57,700 nt of DNA from a virus (taxonomy: Duplodnaviria; Caudoviricetes). Each line of letters opens with the position of its first letter. The stretch's first letter is position 1. A model generated the notes under the pieces. It searched no databases, was not told where the DNA came from, and saw only the letters and a list, made by a program, of their open reading frames with translations. Shown here piece after piece: positions 18,783 through 29,286 of this stretch. The stretch covers positions 1 to 57,700 of the IMG/VR virus record IMGVR_UViG_3300035145_002905. One strand, written 5' to 3'. Position numbers and translations under genes: made by a program.

Positions 18783-20246
18783 ATGGCAGTAAAGGATTTT
18801 AAAAATATTGACACACGAACAGCTTTCAGAGTATTAGAGAAAGACAGGGCCATTATCGAAAGAGGTAAGAGATTATCGAATTTCGGTTCTGGTAAGGAAG
18901 ATTTCATTGAATTTACTCTGTATGATGCAAGTGATAACCAACTACCTCAAGGTGAGAGTGGAGAACTTACACGTCATATATCTTTAAACCAATTAAATAT
19001 AAATGAATATTTTCTAACAAAAGATTCAGGTGATGGTGTTGTAGAATATTTTGTTGATATAGAAAAACTTATTAGAGAGGCAGGATATAATCAAGGATTA
19101 TTTAAAATACAATTCCAATTATTAAACAATAGAGTAGGTAGATTTAATACTGAAAAAATGTTTATTCATGAAATATCACCATCGCGTACTGAGGCAAGGT
19201 TAGTACCAGTTACAAACGCAGATGGAACTATTGATGAAGAATTATTTAAAAGATACGATGGATTTGCAAAAGGAAAAACATTTAGAGATGATGTAATCTA
19301 TTATATAGATGATTTCCTAGATTCAATAAAATTTAGAAATGCAATTGAAAAAATAGTTAGTAAGTTTGGTAAAAAATATTTAGAACAAATTAAAACTGAA
19401 TTTAAAATAAATGATTTTGAAGAGTTTATTAATCAAGTAACAATAAAATTAAAAGAGTCAATCAGATATTATGTAGAAGGTAGAGATTATAATCCAAAAT
19501 CACCAGATTATGGAAAACCATTACCGGCTGAACAACAAGATGATATTTTCTTAGATATAAATGAATTACTAAAAAATATTTTAAGAATAACTTGTGATAT
19601 TGTAGATATATTGTTACCTAAAAGAAATATTCAAGATGATAACTTTATAACAAGTACATTTGATGAATCAGTAGATATTAGAGAATATATTAATACTATA
19701 ACAAGTGATACAACATATGAAGGCGAAACTGATGATGATAATACAGTTGATGAGTACACAGATGAAGATGTAGAAGATGAAGAAGAAGAAATTACCAATA
19801 CACCATCTTCATTAACAGTATCACCTGCACAAGGTAGAAGTGTAGGACCAGAGGCACAAGAAGTTGAATTTGAAGTTACTTCTACTTCTAATGTAACTGT
19901 ATCATTTGAATTCCAAGATGAAAGTTTACATGGTAATAAATGGGCAAAATCAATACAACTTGCAAGAGGATTACCTGCTGGAACAAATACATTTAAATTA
20001 AGAGTTAGTAACTCAGGGCCAAGAGTTATTGATAGACTCGATGACCGTCCAAGAGATGTAGACCCAATAGACCCAAGAGGTGGTGGTGGAATTACTATTG
20101 GACCAAATAGAGGAGGCGGAGGCGGAGGCGGAAGCAGATTTGTAGAAGATGATGAAGGATTGTTCGACTCTGGTTATAGAGATGGTGGTGGTGGTTATAG
20201 ACCACGAGATTTGTATGGCCCACAACAACAATTTAATGTACTATAA
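18783..20246 (+). CDS. Structural protein with acidic linker, partial BACON-like domain and Gly-rich tail
   Basis: EISPSRTE motif; LTVSP...FEVTS...W...TFKLRV. Confidence 0.55.
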   Translation: MAVKDFKNIDTRTAFRVLEKDRAIIERGKRLSNFGSGKEDFIEFTLYDASDNQLPQGESGELTRHISLNQLNINEYFLTKDSGDGVVEYFVDIEKLIREAGYNQGLFKIQFQLLNNRVGRFNTEKMFIHEISPSRTEARLVPVTNADGTIDEELFKRYDGFAKGKTFRDDVIYYIDDFLDSIKFRNAIEKIVSKFGKKYLEQIKTEFKINDFEEFINQVTIKLKESIRYYVEGRDYNPKSPDYGKPLPAEQQDDIFLDINELLKNILRITCDIVDILLPKRNIQDDNFITSTFDESVDIREYINTITSDTTYEGETDDDNTVDEYTDEDVEDEEEEITNTPSSLTVSPAQGRSVGPEAQEVEFEVTSTSNVTVSFEFQDESLHGNKWAKSIQLARGLPAGTNTFKLRVSNSGPRVIDRLDDRPRDVDPIDPRGGGGITIGPNRGGGGGGGSRFVEDDEGLFDSGYRDGGGGYRPRDLYGPQQQFNVL

Positions 20247-20248
20247 AA

Positions 20249-20256
20249 TATTTATA
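20249..20256 (+). promoter_or_regulatory. TATTTATA putative late promoter, 4 nt before ATG
   Basis: Intergenic motif copy. Confidence 0.6.
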
Positions 20257-20260
20257 TAAT

Positions 20261-20767
20261 ATGGCATTTAGGAGATTAAAAATAACATTTACAAACGATG
20301 AGGGAGATAGTAAGGTGGTTTACGTCAAACAAGATTTGGTAAGAGAAAAGATTAGAGATTTTGGTGATGATGTGGTATTAGATTTACCAGTTCCAGATTT
20401 CTTTCCAGACCCACAACCTAGACCGATACCAAATGATAACATCTTCCTAGATACGCCAGTTAAAGATATAATAGATTCGGTAGGACCAGGAAATGAGTTT
20501 GGATTACCATTGTATGATTTTCCAATGGAAAGTGCACTTGAACCAACTGCAGAGTTGCAACTAGACCAGGCACCCATAGAGATTCCACCATTTGAACCTA
20601 TAATTCCTACTGATTTTAAATTTGATTTTTCAAATATGAATTTTAATTTTGGTAATTTGGCAAGTATTGATTTAAGTAATTTATCTAACATAGGAGCACC
20701 TGGCCCAACAGGTGATGCTGGTGCAAGTAAATTTACTAATTATTTAGGGAGTAGTAAACTATTTTAA
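20261..20767 (+). CDS. Hypothetical Pro/Asp-rich protein with N-terminal BACON-like strands
   Basis: RRLKITFTNDEGDSKVVYVKQ. Confidence 0.6.
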   Translation: MAFRRLKITFTNDEGDSKVVYVKQDLVREKIRDFGDDVVLDLPVPDFFPDPQPRPIPNDNIFLDTPVKDIIDSVGPGNEFGLPLYDFPMESALEPTAELQLDQAPIEIPPFEPIIPTDFKFDFSNMNFNFGNLASIDLSNLSNIGAPGPTGDAGASKFTNYLGSSKLF

Positions 20768-20769
20768 TT

Positions 20770-23700
20770 ATGTTCGGACCTGAGGAAAGAGATTTTTTTG
20801 AAAAACCAACCGGAGCTGCTGATAACTATTCATTGGCAAGGTCTTATGGTACGCAACCTCGTGGTCAAAGTGTAGGAGCATCAGCTAATTATAATTTTCC
20901 ATTAATACCATTTAATATTGGTGGTGGTAATACAACTCCAATATCTAATAGTACTACAACTACAACAACAAGACAAAGTACTAGAGGAACAACAACAACT
21001 ACAACGAGTACAACTAGAACAACAAGTAATACTCCACCGACACAATCAAGTGCAACAGTTAGTAACTATGGACAACCTATTGCTGCTACTTCATTTACAG
21101 GTGGACCAAATGTTGGACAATTATCAAATCAAAATAATCAAACAGGTCAATTAAATGTAGGAAGTATTCCAAGAATTCAACCATCACCTACTCCTACACC
21201 AGAACCAGATTTGGGTGATGCTGCATCGCAAACTATTATTCAAAGTAATCCAATAAATAATATTGGAAGAGCACAGAGTAGTGAGGTAGTTCAATCTGGT
21301 GTACAAACACAAGGACAGGTTACAGGACTTTCTCCAGCTGGTGCTAGAGGTAATATAATGTTAGATGCAGTTGGTGGTGGTAACTTTAGATTTGATGATG
21401 GTGAAGGTGGTGGTGGCCAAAGCGGTGGTGGTAGAGGTGGAAGTTCAGTAGTTCAATTTACTATTTATGGACCATATGCTGATGCATGTGCTGCATATGC
21501 AGGAAAAACCACAACAAGACCAGTTGGGGTATTTTTACCACAAGATTATGGTGATAACTTTATGGCACCAAGATACTTTGGTGATAGAACTGTAACGAGA
21601 GTATTTCGTGGTGGTAATAGATGGTATTGGGACCCTAATGGAGCAGCAATATTAATTAATAATGATGGAATTAATTCACAAGTAAAATTAGAACCAGTAT
21701 TGGTTAGAGAATGTGAAGTAAAACCACCACAACCACATTTTGTAACATTTACATTAAATTATAGAAAAGGATTAAATCACCCAAGTGCAAAGGGAACTGC
21801 AGTATCATCGATGTCATCACTCAATGGTTCAGTTCCAAGTTCGGTAACTAGTCCAAGATTAACAATACCAAGAGATGTAAGAGAAACTGTTACTGTTGCA
21901 ACAATCACCGGTGCAGTAGGTACACAAACCTCAAGTTCTACATATACTATACAGAGACGATCGGCAAATGGTAAACATACTTTTAACTTGTTAAAAAATG
22001 GTTCGGTAGTAGAAAGTAACACAGTAAACGATTCTGTAAAAGGTGGTAATTCAAGTCACTTTGCTTTTAACGTTGCATTTGATTATACAAAGATTACTCC
22101 ACCAACACCTTATTTAACTGTTGCACCAAATGGTTTTGCTGTACCACCAGCAAGTAGTGTACATGTCTTTGATATTGCATCTAGTAGTGGTATTCAAGTA
22201 ATATCTAAACCAAGTTGGATAACATATGCAAATGAAAGAATTGGAAGAAATACATTTACTGTATCACCAAATGCTACAGGTAAATCACGAAGTGGTAGAA
22301 TAACAATTAAAAACTTGGAAGGTATAACTCAAAGTATTAATATCTCACAAGGTTCTGCTGTAATTGTACCTGACCCAACATCATTTACAGCTGATATTGC
22401 ATTCTTTTATAAGGCAGGTAATAACGCTACAAAGACAGGTAAAGTTACTGCAAGTGGAGTTCCTACATTAAGTGGAACATTTGGATATAGAAGTTTAGAC
22501 CCTACTGCAGAAGTTGTATTAGAAAAATCGGCAACAAGAGAAAGAATTTTATTAGGTCTTATTGGTGAAGATAGTAATGGTAAAAAAGCAATTGAAGAAT
22601 ATCAAGTAAGATATGTTTACAAGGATGGTGATTTTGAAGTTAATCTTTATTCAAATGGAACTAGATTAATAGAATCAAAAATATATGAAGTTGGAAAGGG
22701 TAATAAACTAGTACCTAAGAATGGTACTAAATACACTGCTGTATTTAACTTTGTAAGACAAGTTGATGACCCACCACTACCAAATCCACCTGTGTTAGAG
22801 ATATCGGCAAACATGCCACAAAACGTACATATTGGTGATATAGAAATTGACCCAAAAAATGGTACAAAGGTTAAAAGATTATCATTTGTTAATGGATTTA
22901 TTTTAACTGCAGAAAAATTAGCAACACTTGGAATAACAGATGATTATTGGGTAAAAGTAATTCCAAAGCCTGGATTTAAATTTACTGAATGGGCACAAGT
23001 TGCACCAGGTGGTGGAATACTTAGAAAATTATCTGATTTAAATAATTGGGTTGCATTATCTGGAGATGGAACTGTGTATGAGTGGGAGTTTGATGTAAGT
23101 AGAAAAACAGAGGAATCAAAAGACCCACAAGTATATCCAACTGTTGATACTATTGAATATAATTTACTATCATCAGATAGTGTAATGATACCATATACAT
23201 CTAACAAGGATACTAGTTATGTTAATATTAAATTTCCAGACAGAGATTTTAGAGACAATCCTAGTAATGGAGAGTTTAGATTAAGAAAAGATTATTTCAA
23301 TAAAGGATTAGGAAGATATATTGTAAACTTCTGTCCATATGGACCACAAGGACAAAGAGGGCCAGAAAAACAAGTTATCATTAATGTAATCAATCAAGAA
23401 GTTGGTTATTATCCTGATATTAGAGATATTAGATATCCTAAAAAAATACAAGGTGCAGATTTCGTAGGATTAGATGTACCATTTGAATTCTCATACCAAT
23501 CAGTATTTACCGATTATGTTGAAGTTTACTTAAATGATAAGAGTACTAGAATCGGTGGTAAATTTGGAAAAGTAGATAAGGTAAAATTAAATGTTAAAGA
23601 CCTTGTAAAGTATTCAGGTAAATTTAAAAAGAATAAAGATGTTTATACATTTACTTTCTTATTAATACCTTATGGAAGAAACTCAAAAGAATCATTAGTA

Positions 23701-26700
23701 GGTAAAACAGAAAAAATTACAATTGTATTTGATGAGGGTGATTTAAAATTAGATAGAAATAAAGTAATCATGGATATCTGTGATTCACTTGCTGCTCAAT
23801 TAGATTACAAAGGATTTGATGAGTACACTTCAAAATATTTAACTCACTTACTTCACTTTGGTGATACTAATAATGAAGTGATTTCTAATTGGAATGTTGA
23901 TACAGAAACATTTAGAGAATATGAAATAGACCCAGTAACAAAAAGACCTACAAACACTAAAAAGAGTGATGTTGGTTTTGATGCACTAGTTCTTAAAATG
24001 TATGAACCATTAGATACTACGGTTCAACCTAATCAACAAGTTTGGATTACAAAAATACAATCAGAACCACAACTACATGAAGTAGTTATTAGAGAAACTG
24101 ATAATGATTACTGTCCACCTCTTGCAGCACCAAACTTTAGTTTGGATACCTCAACTGGTATGGGATATGAGTTGTTTGATGATATGTTGGCTAGTGGAAC
24201 AGAAACTAATGCACAACTAGTAAATACTTTTGTATCTCAAAGTGGTATTGATACTAAAAAATTAGATATACAATATGTTAGTGGTGCTGTAACTTACAAC
24301 TCACAATCACTTCAATATGAAAGTTCATCTCAAGTTATTTCATGGGAAAGATTTTCACACTTTGGTTCTGCAGAAGAAAGAATAAAGAATTTCTGGTACA
24401 AAGTATCTACAATTGAAAACTTTAATAACGTATCTTCTTCATTAGAATCTGCAGATAACGCATCTACTTCGTTAACAATTGTTGCCGAAAAACAGAGACA
24501 GGTTAGAAAAATAAATGAAGTTAAGGCAGGATTTGATGGATTCGAAGATTTCTTATATAACAGTACAAGTTCGTTAGCATATCCAAAAAATTCAGATGGT
24601 ACATTACTAAGTACTGGTAGTAGTGATGCAATAAATTGGTACGAGGTAACATCATATAGTGGTAGTAGACATGATTACTATAACGTAAACTACTTACCAA
24701 ACAATATCCCACAGTTCGTAAAAGATGATGAAGAAAACGCTGATTTTATTCTATTCTTAGATATGATTGGTCATCACTTTGATATACTTTGGGCATATAC
24801 AAAAAATATTAACAGAGCAAGAAAACTAGAACACAAAAAGATAGACAATGGTGTATCGGATGAACTAGTTAGAGAAATGTTACGTTCATTTGGATATACA
24901 CCAAAATCCACAATGGATACTGCACCTCTTTGGGAGTTTGCTCTAGGACAATATAATAATCAAAATTCTGCTAGAACAGATGGTACTGCCAAATCTGTAA
25001 TGACAGGTAAGGAAAGACAATCTCAAATTTGGAGAAGAATATTAAATAACCTACCTTACATATACAAATCAAAAGGTACATCTCGTGGTTTAAGAGCTAT
25101 ATTATCTACATATGGTATTAGTGATAGTATTATAAGAGTACAAGAGTTTGGTGGTCCACCACCTCAAAGAGTATCCACACCAACTAAATATACAGAGTTA
25201 ACTGAAACATTTAGTTTAGGAATGGATTCTAATAGTAGAGTTACTATTCCATGGCATACTGGTTCTTCGTATCCACAAACAATAGAATTTTCTATTCAAA
25301 CAGAAGAAAAACAAGATGGTGTAATATTCAGAAATGATATGTTCTATTTAGAACTATTACAAGATACTGGTTCTTTAGCAACATTTAAATTCCACATTAC
25401 TGGTAGTGATGTAACCGAATCTGTTCAAACCTCTACAATACCTTTCTTCAATGATACTATAAATTCATTTATGATTAGAAGAACTGCTATTTCTGGTTCT
25501 GCAAATGAAACATTCGATATATTTGTAAAAGAACCATTCCAAGAAAGAGTACGTGCACAAGTATCTGCTTCATTAGAAATTGCTATAAATGAATCTGGTT
25601 GGAATAGTGGTTCTGAATTAGTATTTGGTGGATTTAGTGGTTCAATTGATAATGTAAAACTTTGGAAAACTGCATTATCAGAATCAATATTTGATGAGCA
25701 TGTATTGGCACCTGATATGTACAATGGTAACTCGATTAGTTCATCTACTGAAGAATTATTTGTAAGATTAGATTTTGAAGAGGCTAAGAATTTGGCAACA
25801 TCTTCTTCATTTGCAGATAGTGGTTCATATAGAAACACAGCACCAAACGTAGATTTATATGGTGAAACATTTGTATCCATGAGTGGATTTACAACATCAT
25901 CATCATATCCATATGGTGCATTTAATCGTTTGGTTACTGAAAGAACAAGAGTAGTTCCAAGTACAGGTCTTGCATCAGCTGATAAAATATCAATAAAATC
26001 ACAAACCTTAAAATCAGAACTATCACCAAAAGCAAGAGCAACAAAATCAGGACTAAAAGAAAACTCAACTGATTCAAATAGATTGGGTCTGTTTATATCT
26101 CCTACTAATAATATCAATAGAGATATAACAAAAGCATTGGGTGGTACATTTAAAATAGATAATTTCATTGGAGACCCTTGTGCATACTATGATGAAGAAT
26201 ATACTGATTTAAAAAACTTTAGAAGAAGTTTCTTTAGTAAATATACAATAAACTATGATGGATTTTATAATCTAATAAAATATATAGATAGTACATTATT
26301 TGATACTATTCAAAGTTCAGTGCCTGGTAGAGCAAAGGCAACTACTGGTCTATTAATTGAACCTCATTTACTAGAAAGAAACAAAAAACAAAATAAACGT
26401 CCAAGTGGAATTGTATTTGAAGAGTTAGTAGGTGTTGAAGATATATCTAAAAATTCAGTAATAGAGATATCATCTACATCAGAAAAAATTGAAGGATTCT
26501 TAACTGCATCAGAATTATCACCTGATTTAAGTGGATTACATGGATTATACGAAACTACCATGAGTCATGAATTTGTTGACAACTTAAGTGGTAGTTATGC
26601 AACATATAATACTACTATGGATTATGAATTTGTAACTCCAATAAGTGGTTCGTTTGTAAATATAGATGGTATTGTAACAGGTTCTAACTCGGCAACATTA

Positions 26701-27312
26701 GTTTCAACTAATATTGTTTCAAACAATAATAATGATGGTTCAATTATATTTAGTATCCCATCACCACTAACTTCATCTGCAGTTGGAGTGTACCTAAGAG
26801 ATTCATTCCAAACAATTCCTTCTGAAGAAAATGGTGATTACTACAATGAGGGATTTGGTATAACTGCCAAAAATGGACACGCAATTGTAACATTCAAAAC
26901 ACCGAATGGTAGAGATAAAGAAAGAAGAAAGTATTATCTAGTAACTGAGAACGTAACTGATACATTCCCAATACTAAATAATAGTTCTGACCAAACAAGT
27001 GGATACACAAACACAAGTGTAACTACTCAAAAGAAAAAATTAACATATGTATCTATATCAGGTTCGGCTCCAAGTGTAGCTGGAAATATAGTGGCGGTAG
27101 AACCAGTTGATGGAAATCTTCGTTCACATTATATTTATACTAAGGATACTTCGACTGGATTAGAAAATTCATTCTTTAATGGATGTAAACAATCTCAGGC
27201 AACTACAATTGATGGTGGTCCTGCGTTTGAAACATTTGTAACTAATCCTAACACTTTAAAGGTTTCAGATAGTGGTAGAGGAAGTGGAGAACCGATTTTA
27301 GAAGTTGAATAA
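20770..27312 (+). CDS. Very large baseplate/tail structural protein (mucin-like N-terminus, BACON, P2 gpI-like motif, LamG-like domain)
   Basis: Thr/Ser tract; BACON-like at ~22108-22353; YKSKGTSRGLRAIL; FSGSIDNVKLWKTALS. Confidence 0.7.
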   Translation: MFGPEERDFFEKPTGAADNYSLARSYGTQPRGQSVGASANYNFPLIPFNIGGGNTTPISNSTTTTTTRQSTRGTTTTTTSTTRTTSNTPPTQSSATVSNYGQPIAATSFTGGPNVGQLSNQNNQTGQLNVGSIPRIQPSPTPTPEPDLGDAASQTIIQSNPINNIGRAQSSEVVQSGVQTQGQVTGLSPAGARGNIMLDAVGGGNFRFDDGEGGGGQSGGGRGGSSVVQFTIYGPYADACAAYAGKTTTRPVGVFLPQDYGDNFMAPRYFGDRTVTRVFRGGNRWYWDPNGAAILINNDGINSQVKLEPVLVRECEVKPPQPHFVTFTLNYRKGLNHPSAKGTAVSSMSSLNGSVPSSVTSPRLTIPRDVRETVTVATITGAVGTQTSSSTYTIQRRSANGKHTFNLLKNGSVVESNTVNDSVKGGNSSHFAFNVAFDYTKITPPTPYLTVAPNGFAVPPASSVHVFDIASSSGIQVISKPSWITYANERIGRNTFTVSPNATGKSRSGRITIKNLEGITQSINISQGSAVIVPDPTSFTADIAFFYKAGNNATKTGKVTASGVPTLSGTFGYRSLDPTAEVVLEKSATRERILLGLIGEDSNGKKAIEEYQVRYVYKDGDFEVNLYSNGTRLIESKIYEVGKGNKLVPKNGTKYTAVFNFVRQVDDPPLPNPPVLEISANMPQNVHIGDIEIDPKNGTKVKRLSFVNGFILTAEKLATLGITDDYWVKVIPKPGFKFTEWAQVAPGGGILRKLSDLNNWVALSGDGTVYEWEFDVSRKTEESKDPQVYPTVDTIEYNLLSSDSVMIPYTSNKDTSYVNIKFPDRDFRDNPSNGEFRLRKDYFNKGLGRYIVNFCPYGPQGQRGPEKQVIINVINQEVGYYPDIRDIRYPKKIQGADFVGLDVPFEFSYQSVFTDYVEVYLNDKSTRIGGKFGKVDKVKLNVKDLVKYSGKFKKNKDVYTFTFLLIPYGRNSKESLVGKTEKITIVFDEGDLKLDRNKVIMDICDSLAAQLDYKGFDEYTSKYLTHLLHFGDTNNEVISNWNVDTETFREYEIDPVTKRPTNTKKSDVGFDALVLKMYEPLDTTVQPNQQVWITKIQSEPQLHEVVIRETDNDYCPPLAAPNFSLDTSTGMGYELFDDMLASGTETNAQLVNTFVSQSGIDTKKLDIQYVSGAVTYNSQSLQYESSSQVISWERFSHFGSAEERIKNFWYKVSTIENFNNVSSSLESADNASTSLTIVAEKQRQVRKINEVKAGFDGFEDFLYNSTSSLAYPKNSDGTLLSTGSSDAINWYEVTSYSGSRHDYYNVNYLPNNIPQFVKDDEENADFILFLDMIGHHFDILWAYTKNINRARKLEHKKIDNGVSDELVREMLRSFGYTPKSTMDTAPLWEFALGQYNNQNSARTDGTAKSVMTGKERQSQIWRRILNNLPYIYKSKGTSRGLRAILSTYGISDSIIRVQEFGGPPPQRVSTPTKYTELTETFSLGMDSNSRVTIPWHTGSSYPQTIEFSIQTEEKQDGVIFRNDMFYLELLQDTGSLATFKFHITGSDVTESVQTSTIPFFNDTINSFMIRRTAISGSANETFDIFVKEPFQERVRAQVSASLEIAINESGWNSGSELVFGGFSGSIDNVKLWKTALSESIFDEHVLAPDMYNGNSISSSTEELFVRLDFEEAKNLATSSSFADSGSYRNTAPNVDLYGETFVSMSGFTTSSSYPYGAFNRLVTERTRVVPSTGLASADKISIKSQTLKSELSPKARATKSGLKENSTDSNRLGLFISPTNNINRDITKALGGTFKIDNFIGDPCAYYDEEYTDLKNFRRSFFSKYTINYDGFYNLIKYIDSTLFDTIQSSVPGRAKATTGLLIEPHLLERNKKQNKRPSGIVFEELVGVEDISKNSVIEISSTSEKIEGFLTASELSPDLSGLHGLYETTMSHEFVDNLSGSYATYNTTMDYEFVTPISGSFVNIDGIVTGSNSATLVSTNIVSNNNNDGSIIFSIPSPLTSSAVGVYLRDSFQTIPSEENGDYYNEGFGITAKNGHAIVTFKTPNGRDKERRKYYLVTENVTDTFPILNNSSDQTSGYTNTSVTTQKKKLTYVSISGSAPSVAGNIVAVEPVDGNLRSHYIYTKDTSTGLENSFFNGCKQSQATTIDGGPAFETFVTNPNTLKVSDSGRGSGEPILEVE

Positions 27313-27334
27313 TATTTATTTTTGAAAAATGTTA

Positions 27335-27342
27335 TATTTATA
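27335..27342 (+). promoter_or_regulatory. TATTTATA putative late promoter
   Basis: Intergenic motif copy. Confidence 0.65.
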
Positions 27343-27370
27343 TACTGAAAGGTAAAAGGAAAAACAAACT

Positions 27371-27994
27371 ATGGCTTATTTAGACAATACTTCGATAACA
27401 GTAGATGCAATCCTAACGAAGAAGGGTAGAGAGAAATTAGCTGCCGGTCAAGGATTAAACATCACACAATTTGCATTGGCTGATGATGAGATTGATTATG
27501 GTTTATACGAACCAGCTCATCCAAAGGGTTCAGCATTTTATGATGCAGCAATTAAAGCAATACCAGTACTTGAGGCTTCACCAGATGAAACACAAGTAAT
27601 GAGATATAAATTGGTAACGTTACCAAAGAATACAACTCGTATTCCAAAGGTATCATTTGGTGTACCGAACATTTCGGTTTCACAAGATGAGGGAGAAGTT
27701 GCATTAACACCAACTACTTCACCAAGTGGTAACACTACTGCAGGATATACTGTTGTATTGGCAAATAAAGAGGCTGGTAGTATCATCGGAAGTGGTACAA
27801 CAACAGCAGCTGGTACATCACCAGTATTCTTAGGAGATGAAGTAACTACTACAGCAGCAGTTGTTACAGGTAGAGTATTTAAGTTTATTCCTAACCCTAA
27901 CCTAACATCAACAATACAAACAACGATTACAGTTTATGGTAACGAGACCGGGGGTTCACAAACGATACCAGTAACAGTAACATATGTAGCTTAA
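27371..27994 (+). CDS. Virion protein resembling the start of the tail-fibre attachment (P2 gpH/DUF3751-like) domain
   Basis: ILTKKGREKLAAG..LNITQFALAD. Confidence 0.55.
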   Translation: MAYLDNTSITVDAILTKKGREKLAAGQGLNITQFALADDEIDYGLYEPAHPKGSAFYDAAIKAIPVLEASPDETQVMRYKLVTLPKNTTRIPKVSFGVPNISVSQDEGEVALTPTTSPSGNTTAGYTVVLANKEAGSIIGSGTTTAAGTSPVFLGDEVTTTAAVVTGRVFKFIPNPNLTSTIQTTITVYGNETGGSQTIPVTVTYVA

Positions 27995-28012
27995 AAAGGA
28001 AAAATATAAGAT

Positions 28013-29206
28013 ATGCCACAAGTAACAGGACAAGACGGAAGAAATCTAACATCAGCTATTCAAAATTATTTGAACCAATCTGGTGGTGCAGTTGCATCTG
28101 AACAGTTAGTTAATATTTTAAACCAATATCTGCAAGGTGGTGATAAAATCACATCTGCAGGTGGGAACATTAATAATGGAATCTTCAAAAAGTTTGGAGA
28201 GTTCGATACAGTATCAGGTAAAATAGAAGTTGTAACTACTGGTCTTTGGACTGGTGATACTGGTTCTTTAACATCATTCTATACTGCTTCAGCTCAAACA
28301 ACTGCAACAAGTGGTGATTACTATTACAATATACACAATTCAACGGCAACATCTTCAGTACAGTTCGCAGTGGCATATGGACACGTAAGTGGAAGTGGTT
28401 CGATTTCATTGGCAAATAGTGATGATGCAACATTACCTTCAAAAGCTACTTACAATCAATATAGAAGTGTACTACTTGACCAAACAGATACTTTATTTAC
28501 AGTATTAGGTTCAGATGGTACTGATTCAGTAGATATTCCAGATATCTATGTAGTTAACGTTGCAAGAGCAAGATACAAAGAATCTATGGATGCAGGTAAC
28601 TGGTCATTGAAACTTAGTGGTTCACATGCACCATTTGTTACAACTCTTATAGATAATAGTGGAAAGAAATTTTCGGATAAAGTTGGAAAAGCGGGTAGAG
28701 TATTTGATGTAGTGAGTGGTTCTCTTAATTTAGGAACTGATTCTGCTGCAACTATCTCTTCTACTACTGCTTCAAATGGACAAGGATTTGGTAAGTTTTA
28801 TCCAGACCAAGGATTAATTATCCTTAACCCAACTGCAATATCTGCTTCAATTGGTGTTGAACCAAACTTGGCAGTAAATGCAGAATATGAAAATCACAAA
28901 CAATTATTTAATGCAATTGTAGATGGTGCTGATTTCGAAGCAAGAAGAACAGAAAATGTTTCTACTTCTCATTTCTTCGTAAGAGCAACTAACAGAGAGT
29001 TCAACTACTCAAACAATCCAACGTTTATAAGTGGTTCAGATAGTTCAGTAAGATACGAGGCATTTAAGAAAGACCCTAAAGTATTTATTACTTCAGTAGG
29101 TTTATATAACGATGCTAGTGAATTATTGGCTATTGCAAAGACATCTCAACCAATTGCTAAATCATTCGATAAAGAAGTACTAATCAAAGTAAAACTTGAT
29201 TTCTAA
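28013..29206 (+). CDS. Virion structural protein
   Basis: C-terminal ITSVGLYNDASELLAIAK; SGS-rich; paralogous C-terminus with next gene. Confidence 0.6.
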   Translation: MPQVTGQDGRNLTSAIQNYLNQSGGAVASEQLVNILNQYLQGGDKITSAGGNINNGIFKKFGEFDTVSGKIEVVTTGLWTGDTGSLTSFYTASAQTTATSGDYYYNIHNSTATSSVQFAVAYGHVSGSGSISLANSDDATLPSKATYNQYRSVLLDQTDTLFTVLGSDGTDSVDIPDIYVVNVARARYKESMDAGNWSLKLSGSHAPFVTTLIDNSGKKFSDKVGKAGRVFDVVSGSLNLGTDSAATISSTTASNGQGFGKFYPDQGLIILNPTAISASIGVEPNLAVNAEYENHKQLFNAIVDGADFEARRTENVSTSHFFVRATNREFNYSNNPTFISGSDSSVRYEAFKKDPKVFITSVGLYNDASELLAIAKTSQPIAKSFDKEVLIKVKLDF

Positions 29207-29231
29207 AAAATATAGTGCTACCAAACATAAC

Positions 29232-29260
29232 AAACCCCATCGTGAATGGGGTTTTTTATT
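29232..29260 (+). terminator. Rho-independent terminator
   Basis: AAACCCCAT-CGTGA-ATGGGGTTT plus T tract. Confidence 0.85.
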
Positions 29261-29266
29261 TCAGTA

Positions 29267-29274
29267 TATTTATA
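29267..29274 (+). promoter_or_regulatory. TATTTATA putative late promoter
   Basis: Follows the terminator, precedes ATG 29287. Confidence 0.7.
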
Positions 29275-29286
29275 TAAAGGAATATT

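Noticed and set aside
20080-20200. GGAGGC/GGT repeats with raised GC
   Set aside because: Explained by poly-Gly coding; not a separate element
27132-27139. Additional TATTTATA copy
   Set aside because: Inside a CDS and far from a start; expected by chance in AT-rich DNA
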